A stretch of DNA of 36,281 nt from Gammaproteobacteria bacterium RIFCSPLOWO2_02_FULL_56_15 (lineage in GTDB: Bacteria; Pseudomonadota; Gammaproteobacteria; Eutrophobiales; Eutrophobiaceae). Under the pieces are notes generated by a model. It was not told where the DNA came from. It was given only the letters and a program-made list of their open reading frames with translations, and did not search any database. Positions 1 through 9,508 of this stretch are shown here, one piece after another. The DNA lies in the NCBI GenBank assembly GCA_001801825.1, contig MGYR01000135.1, positions 1 to 36,281 of the forward strand, read 5' to 3'. The position numbers were made by a program, and so were the translations under genes. How positions within the stretch are numbered: the stretch's first letter is position 1; every line of letters begins with the position of its first letter.

Positions 1-372
1 CTGCAAACCACTGGCTACCGCATGATCTTCGGCTTCGGAGAACGGCTCGGGTTCTATAACATTCAATTTGATCATGCCACCGGACTTCGCTGCATATTCC
101 CGCAACAGATCAGCAACCCGGTTGCCGTAGTTGATCATGGACGGGAATCCGTCCAGTGTTTTCCTGGAAAAATAAAAGTCCAGCTGCACCGGTTCATCCA
201 GAGCAGCCAGGATGTTTTCAGTGCCTTCTGAGAGGGTATAGAGTTTGGCTTCCGTCAAATCCAGACGCACTCCTGTAACACCGGTATTGACCAGGATGAT
301 GAGCGCGACTGCCAGAATCCCGGCTGGCAGCAATCCGGAACCCGACATGAACATGCTCTGTTTCATATTCAT
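1..372 (-). CDS. GldG-like auxiliary component of ABC-2 transporter (partial; C-terminal part runs off the window)
   Basis: My own minus-strand translation from ATG at 372 (GGAG 8 nt upstream) gives MNMKQSMFMSGSGLLPAGILAVALIILVNTGVTGVRLDLTEAKLYTLSEGTENILAALDEPVQLDFYFS...NVIEPEPFSEAEDHAVASGLQ. It stays open to position 1. The signal-anchor plus LDLTE..YTLS pattern is typical of GldG-type proteins. It sits directly downstream of the ABC ATPase and permease. It is absent from the ORF track because no stop lies in the window. Confidence 0.6.
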   Translation of the reverse strand, partial: MNMKQSMFMSGSGLLPAGILAVALIILVNTGVTGVRLDLTEAKLYTLSEGTENILAALDEPVQLDFYFSRKTLDGFPSMINYGNRVADLLREYAAKSGGMIKLNVIEPEPFSEAEDHAVASGLQ

Positions 373-382
373 GCTGACACTC

Positions 383-1117
383 CTATCCGCCCTTTTTCAT
401 ATCAATCACAACCACAGTCGCATACAGCCAGAACACGATAAGCACGGCGAAATAGACGATATCCCGCAGGTCGATAACGCCCTTGCTTATGGCACTGAAA
501 TGCGTGAGGAAACTGAAGGAGGCTACTGCATCAATAAGCGCCTGTGGCGCCCACGACTGGAACACGTTGAGGACCATGGGGAAACCGCTGAGCACAAAAA
601 GGAAACAGATCACCACGCTGATCACAAAAGCGATCACCTGGCTCCGGGTGAGGGCGGAGACGCATGAACCGATGGCCAGGAATCCACCAGCCATCAACAG
701 GCTCCCGGTATAGGCCGACAGGATGACAGTATTGTCCGGGTCTCCCAGATAATTCACCGTGATCCATATCGGGAAGCTCAGCACCAGCGCGACGGCGCTG
801 AACAACCAGGCTGCAACGAATTTCCCCACCACCGCTTCCGTGATGGTCACAGGCAGTGTCATCAGCAATTCTATGGTGCCGCTCTTGCGCTCCTCGGACC
901 AGAGTCGCATGGCGATGGCCGGCAGCAGGAAGAGGTACAGCCAGGGATGAAAGTTGAAGAAGGGATCCAGATCCGCCTGGTTTCGTTCGTAGAAGGAGCC
1001 GACATAGAAAGTGAAGATTCCCGTCATGAAAAGAAAAATGACAATAAAGACGTAAGCGACGGGCGTGGAAAAATACCCGTACAGCTCTCTCTTCGTTATA
1101 GCGATGATATTTCTCAT
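383..1117 (-). CDS. ABC-2 type transporter permease
   Basis: 244-aa ORF with about 6 hydrophobic segments. The N-terminus MRNIIAITKRELYGYFSTPVAYVFIV is typical of ABC-2/GldF-like permeases. Its start overlaps the stop of the upstream ATPase by 4 nt. Confidence 0.8.
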   Translation of the reverse strand: MRNIIAITKRELYGYFSTPVAYVFIVIFLFMTGIFTFYVGSFYERNQADLDPFFNFHPWLYLFLLPAIAMRLWSEERKSGTIELLMTLPVTITEAVVGKFVAAWLFSAVALVLSFPIWITVNYLGDPDNTVILSAYTGSLLMAGGFLAIGSCVSALTRSQVIAFVISVVICFLFVLSGFPMVLNVFQSWAPQALIDAVASFSFLTHFSAISKGVIDLRDIVYFAVLIVFWLYATVVVIDMKKGG

Positions 1118-1944
1118 CCGGCAAGCCCTGTGGCTTGCGCCGTGGTTATGCTGCGGAAGGCATCATCGATATCGTTGCGATCAGACTTGGCCCGTAATTC
1201 CCCTGGGGAACCATCAAACAGGATCTCTCCGGCGGAGATGATGATGGCCCGCGTACATACCGCGTCCACTTCCTCAAGAATATGCGTGGAAATAATGATG
1301 GCCTTGTTACTGGACATATTCTTGATGAGCGAACGGACCTCGTGCTTCTGGTTGGGATCCAGGCCATCGGTAGGTTCATCCATGATCAAAACATCGGGGT
1401 CGTGCAGGAATGCCTGGGCCAGGCCGACGCGACGCCTGTATCCCTTGGACAATGTCTCGATAGTCTGTTTGCGAACACTTCCCAGATTGATGATCCTGAT
1501 GATATCGGCGATACACTTGTCCCGTTCTGTTGAGTCAAATCCCCTGATTTCCGCGATAAATCGCAGAAACTTCTCGACCGTCATCTCCCCATAGGAAGGC
1601 GCACCCTCCGGAAGATAGCCAATCCTCGCTTTAACACCGACCGGGTCATCGATGACGTTAAGGTTATTTACCAGGACTGTGCCCCCATCGGGTCTGAGAA
1701 AGCCCGCAATCATCTTCATGGTTGTCGATTTACCAGCGCCGTTCGGCCCAAGAAAACCCAGAACTTCCCCATGATCCACGCTGAAGGAGATCTTTCTCAC
1801 CGCGTGAATCGGGCCGAAGTACTTGTCCAGTGATTTGACTTCTATTGCAGGTCTGTTATCAGGCATGGGACTGCGTAGTAGGCTTCTTAACTCTGTCCGA
1901 TCAGGTAGCCGCCGGTCCACCGGCATGGCCGGTATATTTTCCAT
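1114..1944 (-). CDS. ABC transporter ATP-binding protein
   Basis: Walker A GPNGAGKST, signature LSKGYRRRV, Walker B VLIMDEPTDGLD. The first 26 aa look like an unlikely extension, so an alternative start is ATG at 1866 (MPDNRPAIEVKSL). Neither start has a clear SD. Confidence 0.9.
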   Translation of the reverse strand: MENIPAMPVDRRLPDRTELRSLLRSPMPDNRPAIEVKSLDKYFGPIHAVRKISFSVDHGEVLGFLGPNGAGKSTTMKMIAGFLRPDGGTVLVNNLNVIDDPVGVKARIGYLPEGAPSYGEMTVEKFLRFIAEIRGFDSTERDKCIADIIRIINLGSVRKQTIETLSKGYRRRVGLAQAFLHDPDVLIMDEPTDGLDPNQKHEVRSLIKNMSSNKAIIISTHILEEVDAVCTRAIIISAGEILFDGSPGELRAKSDRNDIDDAFRSITTAQATGLAG

Positions 1945-2023
1945 AAATAATCACGAGCGTCAATCTATCGTAGACCGGTCATCGGATCTATCCTGTTCTT
2001 GCACGAAAAACTGTACATCTATT

Positions 2024-2890
2024 TTATTCCTCACCAGACTTTTTTTTCAGCCGGTAGAGCGCAGAGATATCCTCATCTCCATAGCCTTCATCCATCAACC
2101 GTCGATACTGCTGTATTGTCATCTCGATTATCGGCAAGGACAGACCGTGGTTAGCTGCCGTATCCGTGCAGATCAGCAGGTCCTTATGATGCAGTCTCAG
2201 CTTGAATCCCCTGGCGTATTCCCCGGCCAGCATGGTCTTCCCGCGATGATCAAGAAACCAGTTGGCTGCGGCGCCGTTCGCCACCACCTCGATGACCCGC
2301 TCCATATCCAGTTCCAGTGCAACGCCGAACGCCAGTGCATCGGTGACAGCCTGGTTGATGCCGGCAACCATGATCTGATTGACAGCCTTGCATGCCTGAC
2401 CACAGCCAACCGGCCCCACATGTATAATCCTGGCGGCTACCGCACTAAGGGTCTCCAGGGCTCGTTCGAGCACAGATTCATCACCTCCCACCATCATAGC
2501 CAGCGTGCCGGCAGACGCACCTTCCACACCGCCGGTTACCGGTGCGTCCAGAAAGCAAGCCTGCCTGGAACCCAGGATAGAGGCGGCCTTGCGGGCCGTG
2601 GTGCTGCTAACCGTCGATGTATCCACTACGATCGTTCCAGCCCCTACCGTTCCGGCAATCCTGGCCGTTACCTCAAGGACATCCGGATCCGCCGAGATGC
2701 AAATCAGGATCAATTCGCATGCAGCGGCGAGGTCTTCGATGGATGCCGCAATACCGACTCCCGTTTCTGCGGCCAGTCTTTCCGCACGGGAGCGGGTCCG
2801 GTTCCAGACCATGTGCAAGTTGCCTGCCCGGTTTAGGTTGAGGGCCATAGCTGCACCCATGGACCCCAGTCCGATGATTCCGGCCTTCAT
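2024..2890 (-). CDS. NAD(P)-dependent oxidoreductase, 3-hydroxyisobutyrate dehydrogenase (HIBADH) family
   Basis: N-terminal Rossmann motif MKAGIIGLGSMGAAMALNL, 288 aa. AGGAGG lies 6 nt upstream of the ATG. Confidence 0.85.
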   Translation of the reverse strand: MKAGIIGLGSMGAAMALNLNRAGNLHMVWNRTRSRAERLAAETGVGIAASIEDLAAACELILICISADPDVLEVTARIAGTVGAGTIVVDTSTVSSTTARKAASILGSRQACFLDAPVTGGVEGASAGTLAMMVGGDESVLERALETLSAVAARIIHVGPVGCGQACKAVNQIMVAGINQAVTDALAFGVALELDMERVIEVVANGAAANWFLDHRGKTMLAGEYARGFKLRLHHKDLLICTDTAANHGLSLPIIEMTIQQYRRLMDEGYGDEDISALYRLKKKSGEE

Positions 2891-2972
2891 GTCAAGATCC
2901 TCCTGATCCTATAGATGGACGAACTGTATCAACCCTGCGAGTAGGTAACCCTGAGTATGGGCTGGAAGAACT

Positions 2973-4385
2973 TCAGGTACCGGCGGAATATTGTTTGGCG
3001 ATTACTTCTGCGACACAACAACTCAGTTTCTTTGCCGTGGGTATGTGAAGAAACTCATTGGGTCCGTGGGCGTTGGCTTGCGGCCCCAGCACGCCGGTGA
3101 TAAGAAACTGGGCCTCTGGAAACCGTTCCCCGAGCATTCCCATGAAAGGGATGGTGCCACCCTCACCCATATGCACTGCTGCTTTTCCGAAATAATTTAT
3201 TGATGCCTGGTTCAGCGCCTCATCAAGCCATGGCAACATTTCCGGGGCATGCCAACCACTGGAACTCCAGTCGGCCTTGAAAGTCACCCGGGCGCTGTAA
3301 GGCGGGTCTTCCTCCAGTAATTGCCGTAATCGCTCTACCGCGGCATCGGCATCGCAGGTGGGCGGCAGCCGCAATGAGACCTTCACGGTTGTATAGGGGC
3401 GCAATACATTACCCGCCCGATCCACTTCCGGGATTCCACTGATACCCGTTATTGAAAGAGCCGGGCGCCAGGTCCGATTCAGGATCAACTCGACCGGATC
3501 CACGGTCACTGGCTGCATACCATCGATAAACGGGAATCGGCGATGGATCTGTAGTCCCAATACGGCAGCAGCTACGGCAGCCTGCCGCATACGCTCCCTA
3601 GGAATATCCGCTTTGAATTTTTCCTCCAGCACAATACCACTACGGTAGTTGTCGATACGGTTCAGTAAGGTGCGCAGGATGCGGAAACTGGATGGCACAA
3701 TCCCACTGGCATCCCCGGAATGGACTCCCTCGCGCAAAACATCAATCCGCAGTTCACCGCCAACGAGACCTCGCAGAGAGGTGGTATTCCAGAGCTGTTC
3801 ATAATTGCCACAACCGGAATCCAGGCAGATTATCAGAGAAGGCTTGCCGCAGCGACCCGCCAACAGTTCAATATAGGCAGGCAGATCAAAGCTGCCACTC
3901 TCCTCGCAGGCTTCAATAATAATGATGCACCGGCTTCTGTTCACGCCCTGATCAAGCAACGATTCGATCGCGATAAGCGCCGCAAACATGGCGTATCCGT
4001 CATCCGCACCACCCCGACCGTAGAGCCTGTCACCTTCTATGACCGGCTGCCAGGGCCCGAGATCAGGGCGCCATCCGGTCATCTCCGGCTGCTTGTCCAG
4101 GTGACCATAGAGAAGTATGGTTTGATCGCCTACGCCCGGTATATCAATAAAGAGCAGCGGAGTCCGTCCAGGCAAGCGCAATACCTCCAGTTCCAGTCCG
4201 GGGATTTTGCGGGAGCGACACCAGGCGCTAAACCGCTCCACAGCCTGATCCATGTAACCGTGTTCTTGCCAGTCAGGATCGAAACCAGGCGAGAGATTGG
4301 GGATCCTGATATATTCCATGAGTTCCGGGATCGCCATGGAATCCCAGCTCTGGTTGCAGTAAGCAATGGTTCTGCGTGTGTCCAT
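2973..4385 (-). CDS. M20 family metallopeptidase (dipeptidase-like)
   Basis: 470 aa with YGHLDKQP and GRGGADDGYA metal-ligand motifs and EACEESGS, typical of M20A dipeptidases. Confidence 0.8.
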   Translation of the reverse strand: MDTRRTIAYCNQSWDSMAIPELMEYIRIPNLSPGFDPDWQEHGYMDQAVERFSAWCRSRKIPGLELEVLRLPGRTPLLFIDIPGVGDQTILLYGHLDKQPEMTGWRPDLGPWQPVIEGDRLYGRGGADDGYAMFAALIAIESLLDQGVNRSRCIIIIEACEESGSFDLPAYIELLAGRCGKPSLIICLDSGCGNYEQLWNTTSLRGLVGGELRIDVLREGVHSGDASGIVPSSFRILRTLLNRIDNYRSGIVLEEKFKADIPRERMRQAAVAAAVLGLQIHRRFPFIDGMQPVTVDPVELILNRTWRPALSITGISGIPEVDRAGNVLRPYTTVKVSLRLPPTCDADAAVERLRQLLEEDPPYSARVTFKADWSSSGWHAPEMLPWLDEALNQASINYFGKAAVHMGEGGTIPFMGMLGERFPEAQFLITGVLGPQANAHGPNEFLHIPTAKKLSCCVAEVIAKQYSAGT

Positions 4386-4515
4386 GACGCTAGTCTACCG
4401 CCAAGCGGCATGAAGTTATATCAAACCACAGGAATTGACTGACCGGGAGGCCGCCCACCAGGTACTCCGGCAGTCTGCTCATGACCGGTGGCGGGAGGCG
4501 GAGTGCGAGGCTTCA

Positions 4516-5655
4516 TTATCTCCACAAATCCAGGCCGCGACGGAGGAGATCGGCGACCACTTGGTGACCATCATGGGTATAATGCCCTTCGTTGGGGAAG
4601 AACCAGTCCGGCTTGTCCCCGGATTTGTACCGCTCGCGCATGGGCGCTGCAATATCCACAGTAACAAGTCCACTATCCGCCGCTACGCCAAGAATAAATA
4701 ACCGTACATGATCCTGGAACAGGGCAGAAGGGGATGCTGGTCTGGTGACATAGGACATGCCCGGCAACAGTACGAGAGCCAATCGGCTGCCCTGTCCCGC
4801 AGTGTACTCGCCCATCTCCCGGATGATGGCCGCCAGGAGGCGCCGCTGCTCCACTAGTCGTGCGTCCAGGATGCCCTGAATCTTTGTACCTTCGAAGTGG
4901 GGATCCGGCAACAGTCGGTCAAGCAAACGGCTCGAGCTCAGGATACGCGAAAGCGGGTTCTGCATTCTCGCCAACTCTGTTCCATATACCACGGACTCAA
5001 GGGAGGATTCCGCCACTACCCCCGACGCTTGCCCGCTTGGGACGGGCACATTCTGCAATCTCAGTTGACCACCTTCCTCCAATCTATAGAAGGGCTTGGC
5101 CTGTTCCACCTGTAACGGGACGGACAGCATATTATCGATGATATCGTTACCCAGGTACAGGAACAGCAGGTAGAGATCCGGCTGAAAGCTGCTGACAACT
5201 TCCTGCTGCAACAGGTATTCCTGGTCGGTGCTGTACCCGGGTACCCCGAAATTGAGATATTCCGTTGCTGGGTCTTGTTCCGCCATGCGCACGGCAAAAG
5301 TCTCTGCCTCGTTGACACCGAGTCCGAAGGTAAAACTGTCACCGAGGAGTGCCACCCGCCTGCGGTCCGACCTCCCGCTTGATACCGGCTGGCCGCGAAA
5401 GCCAAAGTAATTGACCTGATAGTCTGCGCTGAAATCATGATGCCGGTGACTGCCCCGCCACCCCGGGTTCAGGACCCATCCCAAGCGTGGATGGTAACGC
5501 AACAGCCCGGGATCTAAGACTGAACTCGCGCTGATAGTCTGTTCGTACCATCGCCAGGCTAACTCTGCGGCCAGGAGCGACACGAGGGCACTGAACAGTA
5601 GGGTCGTGGATGCCAGAAACCACAGGCGCGCCCCACGCAGATGCGCAGTCCTCAT
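4516..5655 (-). CDS. SGNH/GDSL-type hydrolase family protein with N-terminal membrane anchor
   Basis: 379 aa. Has a hydrophobic N-terminal segment, a block I motif VALLGDSFTFGLGV, and later GNDI and a C-terminal DGHQ-type block. Confidence 0.6.
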   Translation of the reverse strand: MRTAHLRGARLWFLASTTLLFSALVSLLAAELAWRWYEQTISASSVLDPGLLRYHPRLGWVLNPGWRGSHRHHDFSADYQVNYFGFRGQPVSSGRSDRRRVALLGDSFTFGLGVNEAETFAVRMAEQDPATEYLNFGVPGYSTDQEYLLQQEVVSSFQPDLYLLFLYLGNDIIDNMLSVPLQVEQAKPFYRLEEGGQLRLQNVPVPSGQASGVVAESSLESVVYGTELARMQNPLSRILSSSRLLDRLLPDPHFEGTKIQGILDARLVEQRRLLAAIIREMGEYTAGQGSRLALVLLPGMSYVTRPASPSALFQDHVRLFILGVAADSGLVTVDIAAPMRERYKSGDKPDWFFPNEGHYTHDGHQVVADLLRRGLDLWR

Positions 5656-6097
5656 GGCCTATCCATCAAGTTGGTCCTGCCGCAGGATGGTAGAGACGGC
5701 AAAACTGCTTCATTGAAGCAGAAGTTGGTGAGCATATTCACATTTCTGCAAAATAAGCAGCTGAAACTCATGCCCGGTACAGATACAGAGGTGACGGTAC
5801 TTTTTATATCCTTTCATCCTGATCATAAATATAACATTCTGTATTTCCTATGAATTATTCCATTCTCCGCACAAGATTACACGAATGCTTTTGTCGTGTT
5901 TCTTTACAGATCCAGACTGTTTTTGCAAAACATAATCTAACTTACTGGTTTAAATGGATTATCTATAAAAATAGGGCTTTTTTTGGATACCCATACATGG
6001 GAATAGGTGTCGGTTTTTTTTACAAAATTATCAGAACTCCAAAGATTCAGAAGGTGTAAAACCGATATCTTACTGTTTTTAATTAATAAATAATTTA

Positions 6098-6113
6098 TGG
6101 CTTATATATTGCA
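6098..6113 (+). promoter_or_regulatory. candidate sigma-54 (-24/-12) promoter
   Basis: TGGCTTATATATTGCA has GG and GC elements at the exact spacing of the TGGCACG-N4-TTGCW consensus. It lies 65 nt upstream of the ATG at 6178 and downstream of a roughly 450-nt AT-rich tract. About one such match is expected by chance in a window this size. Confidence 0.3.
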
Positions 6114-6177
6114 TCCTATCTCGACATGGGTGAATGCAATTGCATGCGCCTGCTGTGAGCATCGTTTAGGAGTGTAT

Positions 6178-7023
6178 ATGAAGAATCAATGCCGTGTACT
6201 CACCGTCTTGTTCGGATGCGTGTTGTGCACTGCTACCATGGCAGGACCGCTTTCGGTTTGGGATTCCACCTGGACGCAATTCCAGGATGATACCCCGATA
6301 GAGGACTATATCGGGGGAGGGGGCTTTGTCGATCCCGGTTGGGGTGGACAGGCGTTTGATGCGGAATATCTGTTCTACAAGATTGAAGGGAATACCCTGT
6401 ATCTAGGTCTTCAAACTGGATTCAATATTGTAACGGGCACCCAAGAAGTTTCAGGGAAAAAATATTATTCCGGAGACCTCGCCTTGTCTTTTGATGGGGA
6501 TGTAAGTGGCGCCAATGGCGCCGGCTATGAATATGGAATCGATTTTGGGCTCCTCACAAGAGATTATGATGGCAATGATTATGTAGATATGGGTACGGGT
6601 ACCGGCGTAGACGGTTCAGGCTTATATACCGCTACGTTATGGAATAACGATATGGTTAATTCCTTCGAAAGTGTATCAACGCCCTTCGCACTGGATGCCG
6701 GCTCCTTTAGCCGAAACCTCTTGTCGAATAGCTTTGGCTCAGGTAACAACGGCGGCCTCAGCTACTACCGGATGGTCTCATTCGACATCAGCGGACTACC
6801 TGGGCTGACTGGGTATAACTATATTGATGTGCACTGGACCATGTCCTGTGGTAATGACAATATCAACGGCCGGTTTAAGGTGCCGGAACCTGCCGGAGTT
6901 GTTCTGATGGGACTGGGCCTGCTCGGATTAGCGGCGACTAGTCTACGGCGCAGGAGAATGTCAGAGCTTGCCCTCCGGTTGCCGTCTAACCATCCTTTTA
7001 CAATCGGATCACGGCAAAATTAA
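6178..7023 (+). CDS. PEP-CTERM sorting-domain secreted protein
   Basis: Start chosen at ATG 6178 (AGGAG upstream, signal peptide MKNQCRVLTVLFGCVLCTATMA) rather than the ORF-track start at 6097. C-terminal VPEPAGVVLMGLGLLGLAATSLRRRR is the PEP motif, TM helix and Arg cluster. A 21-aa tail follows. Confidence 0.75.
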   Translation: MKNQCRVLTVLFGCVLCTATMAGPLSVWDSTWTQFQDDTPIEDYIGGGGFVDPGWGGQAFDAEYLFYKIEGNTLYLGLQTGFNIVTGTQEVSGKKYYSGDLALSFDGDVSGANGAGYEYGIDFGLLTRDYDGNDYVDMGTGTGVDGSGLYTATLWNNDMVNSFESVSTPFALDAGSFSRNLLSNSFGSGNNGGLSYYRMVSFDISGLPGLTGYNYIDVHWTMSCGNDNINGRFKVPEPAGVVLMGLGLLGLAATSLRRRRMSELALRLPSNHPFTIGSRQN

Positions 7024-7077
7024 TAGCTGAATTCTCTGCAGGTATGCATGGATGCATAAATACTCAAAGGAAACAAA

Positions 7078-7113
7078 AGACCAGATGTCTCGCGGACATC
7101 TGGTCTTTTTTAT
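7078..7113 (+). terminator. rho-independent terminator
   Basis: Perfect 12-bp stem AGACCAGATGTC / GACATCTGGTCT with loop TCGCG, followed by TTTTTTATTT. Confidence 0.8.
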
Positions 7114-7204
7114 TTATGCAACTCCCGATCGCCTGAGCTGATAAACATGCCGGATTGATGATTTCCACCCAGTAGTTTTCTTTCACCTTAACAAGGAGGT
7201 TACC

Positions 7205-7873
7205 ATGAAAAATCGTTGTTTTTTATTCATCAGTTTTATACTTTCATTCCAGTTGTTCCTGCCCACCAGCGCCACCCCGGTCATTATCAATGAGGTCCTC
7301 TTCGATGGGCCCGGCAGCGATGCGGATGATGTTTTTACCGAACTCTACGGTACACCGGGCCTGGTACTGGATGGCTGGTCTCTGAAAGGTACTAATGGTG
7401 AAAATGGGCTAATCTACCGTAGTATTGATTTGAGTGGCGCCACGATCCCGGACAATGGCTACCTGCTGATTACCACAGCGTCGGCAAACTTGGCGCTAGC
7501 AATGCTGACGGACTTCATCGCCAATGTGGACTGGCAAAACGGTCCCGATTCCATCCAGTTACTCGATCCATACGGGGATATTATTGACGCCTTGCAATAT
7601 GGTGATGCCGGCATATATAACCGGGGAGAAGGACTACCGGCCTTATTGCCGGGTATCGGTCACAGTCTCTCCAGGATACTTCCCAGCCTGGATACCGATA
7701 ATAATCTCAGCGACTTCATTGAGCTGACACTGCCTACGCCCGGTACGGGGCCACTTGCAAACCAGGTCCCTGAACCCAACAGTATGGGTATATTTTTGAT
7801 CGGTATCGCAGCCTTTCTATCCATGTATCGAGGCGCCTATCTTCGTCAGAACTCATCCATGCTGTACAGGTAG
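7205..7873 (+). CDS. lamin-tail-domain (LTD) protein with PEP-CTERM anchor
   Basis: AAGGAGG SD and a signal peptide. VIINEVLFDGPGSDADDVFTELYG is an LTD-like motif. C-terminal VPEPNSMGIFLIGIAAFLSMYRGAYLRQ is PEP-CTERM-like. Confidence 0.7.
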   Translation: MKNRCFLFISFILSFQLFLPTSATPVIINEVLFDGPGSDADDVFTELYGTPGLVLDGWSLKGTNGENGLIYRSIDLSGATIPDNGYLLITTASANLALAMLTDFIANVDWQNGPDSIQLLDPYGDIIDALQYGDAGIYNRGEGLPALLPGIGHSLSRILPSLDTDNNLSDFIELTLPTPGTGPLANQVPEPNSMGIFLIGIAAFLSMYRGAYLRQNSSMLYR

Positions 7874-7894
7874 GTAGTATCCCTCTGCCATATA

Positions 7895-7923
7895 CACCCA
7901 CCCCGGGGAACTCGGGGTGGGTG
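7895..7923. terminator. GC-rich hairpin between convergent genes (possible bidirectional terminator)
   Basis: CACCCACCCCG / CGGGGTGGGTG is an 11-bp stem with a 7-nt loop. There is no clear U-tract on either strand. Confidence 0.4.
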
Positions 7924-7941
7924 ATCTGGCTATGCGACTCA

Positions 7942-8745
7942 TCAGATGAACGTGGCGATCAGCAGGATCCCCAGCAGAAAACGGTAGATGACATAGGGCA
8001 ACATCCCGGTTCGCTCCAGAAATCCCAGGAATAGATTGATGGTAAGCCAGGCGGTTAGGCCTGAGCTAATAACGATTACCCATGTTGCTGTCCAATCGAT
8101 AACCATCTGTTCGATGAAGTACCGATAAGCTTCATAAGAACCTGCCATCAGGGTGACCGGTATTGACATAAGAAAGGAGAAGCGGGCCGAACTGCGCCGA
8201 TCCAGCCCCAGCCAAAGACCCGCCGTCATGGTCACCCCGGAGCGGGAAGTGCCTGGCATGATGGATAACAACTGGGCCAATCCCAGAATCAGGACATCCT
8301 TCATGCGGAGAGCGTCCATCCTGCGCAATCCCTTTGACCTGTGATCCGCCCACCAGAGGAGGGCTCCAAATACCAAGTTGGTACCGGCAATCAAGAGCGG
8401 ATTGCGAAACGCGGTGGAGACGATGTCGTATAGCAGATAACCTCCTGCGACTACCGGGATACTGGCAATGACGAGATACCAGAACATTCGACTCTCATAA
8501 TCCCGACGCCCGTGGATAACTCCTTCCAGCCCTGCAACTGTGATGACTTTCAGATCACGACGCAGATAAATGAGCACGGCAGCGAGAGTGCCTATATGTG
8601 CTGCGATGTCGTTCCCCAGTCCCTGATCCGGCCAATGCAGAATTTGAGGTAACAGAATCAGGTGGGCGGAGCTCGATATAGGGAGGAACTCTGTCAATCC
8701 CTGGACTATCCCCAGCAGTAGTAGTTGCAGCAGGTCCATCGTCAA
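7942..8745 (-). CDS. uppP: undecaprenyl-diphosphate phosphatase
   Basis: 267 aa. GIVQGLTEFLPISSSAHLIL and PGTSRSG motifs are characteristic of BacA/UppP. Confidence 0.9.
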   Translation of the reverse strand: MTMDLLQLLLLGIVQGLTEFLPISSSAHLILLPQILHWPDQGLGNDIAAHIGTLAAVLIYLRRDLKVITVAGLEGVIHGRRDYESRMFWYLVIASIPVVAGGYLLYDIVSTAFRNPLLIAGTNLVFGALLWWADHRSKGLRRMDALRMKDVLILGLAQLLSIMPGTSRSGVTMTAGLWLGLDRRSSARFSFLMSIPVTLMAGSYEAYRYFIEQMVIDWTATWVIVISSGLTAWLTINLFLGFLERTGMLPYVIYRFLLGILLIATFI

Positions 8746-8773
8746 GGCTCCATTCTAAATCTCTGAAAGATGC

Positions 8774-9505
8774 TTATGGTATCGGGAGGAATACCGCTGT
8801 GGCCATCCTCTGGATCACTTTTCTTATCATCCGGTTGTTCTTTCCCGCCAGAACTAAGGCCATGGTATCCTGTAAAGCAATCAGCTTGCCGAAAAGTCTT
8901 TCATAACTGAGATTTTCTATCTCTCCGGGCAAGGAATTGCTGTACACCAGCGGCTCCCCCTGGTGATCCCGTGCATGACTGAGCTTCCACACAGCCAGTT
9001 CGATGTTTCTCGCACTGTTATAGAGTGCCTGCGAGTCAATGCTGTCATAGAGAAAAAATTCTGTCTTGTAGCGGTAGGACGCCATGACCATGGACATCAG
9101 ACCTACTACGTAACAGAAAACCCGATCCCCTCTATATCCGGGTGACAGCGAAAGTTCAATCGCCTCGGCCCCGTAGATCCCGTCAAGTTCCTCGAAATTC
9201 CAGTTGCTGGTCCGGCTGATAATCCGGTTGATATTCTCTCCGGCATCAGGGTGGGGCGATTTTACAAGTTCACGGGGATTTCGTTTGTAAAGTTTTTCCA
9301 TCAAGGACTGTAGATAGGAACGTGCTTCCCGCACATTGACCTCCATAACCTGATTCATATCCGACTTGACTAGGGAACGCAGTCTGAATTGATCCGTTTT
9401 TGGACCATCGGCATCAGGCCGTAACGTGCTACAAGCCGAGACTATAACCAAAAGTAGAAATATAAGGTATCGTTCGTTCCCGGAATCGCGTATAGATGAC
9501 GCCAT
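8774..9505 (-). CDS. hypothetical lipoprotein
   Basis: 243 aa with a signal peptide and lipobox-like LVIVSAC. I do not recognise a family. It is tightly packed between the MidA-like gene and uppP. Confidence 0.5.
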   Translation of the reverse strand: MASSIRDSGNERYLIFLLLVIVSACSTLRPDADGPKTDQFRLRSLVKSDMNQVMEVNVREARSYLQSLMEKLYKRNPRELVKSPHPDAGENINRIISRTSNWNFEELDGIYGAEAIELSLSPGYRGDRVFCYVVGLMSMVMASYRYKTEFFLYDSIDSQALYNSARNIELAVWKLSHARDHQGEPLVYSNSLPGEIENLSYERLFGKLIALQDTMALVLAGKNNRMIRKVIQRMATAVFLPIP

Positions 9506-9508
9506 CAG

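Noticed and set aside
245-667. 140-aa + strand ORF with His-rich stretches.
   Set aside because: It is antisense to the GldG-like start and the ABC-2 permease, both of which have better support.
1823-2836. 337-aa + strand ORF.
   Set aside because: It is antisense to the well-supported HIBADH-family gene and the ABC ATPase start. No motifs were found.
3720-4442. 240-aa + strand ORF.
   Set aside because: It is antisense to the M20 peptidase gene, and I recognised no family features.
5641-6059. Two roughly 70-aa + strand ORFs in the AT-rich gap.
   Set aside because: Their composition is low-complexity and AT-driven (F/I/K/N/Y-rich), with no SD and no motifs. The region is treated as non-coding leader or regulatory DNA.
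6097-6177. The ORF-track N-terminal extension of the first PEP-CTERM protein (MAYILHPISTWVNAIACACCEHRLGVY).
   Set aside because: The internal ATG at 6178 has an AGGAG SD and starts a proper signal peptide. The extension would also overlap the candidate promoter.
7042-7057. ATGCAT-GG-ATGCAT tandem palindromic hexamers after the first PEP-CTERM gene.
   Set aside because: The element is too short, occurs once, and sits between a stop codon and a clear terminator. There is no evidence of function.
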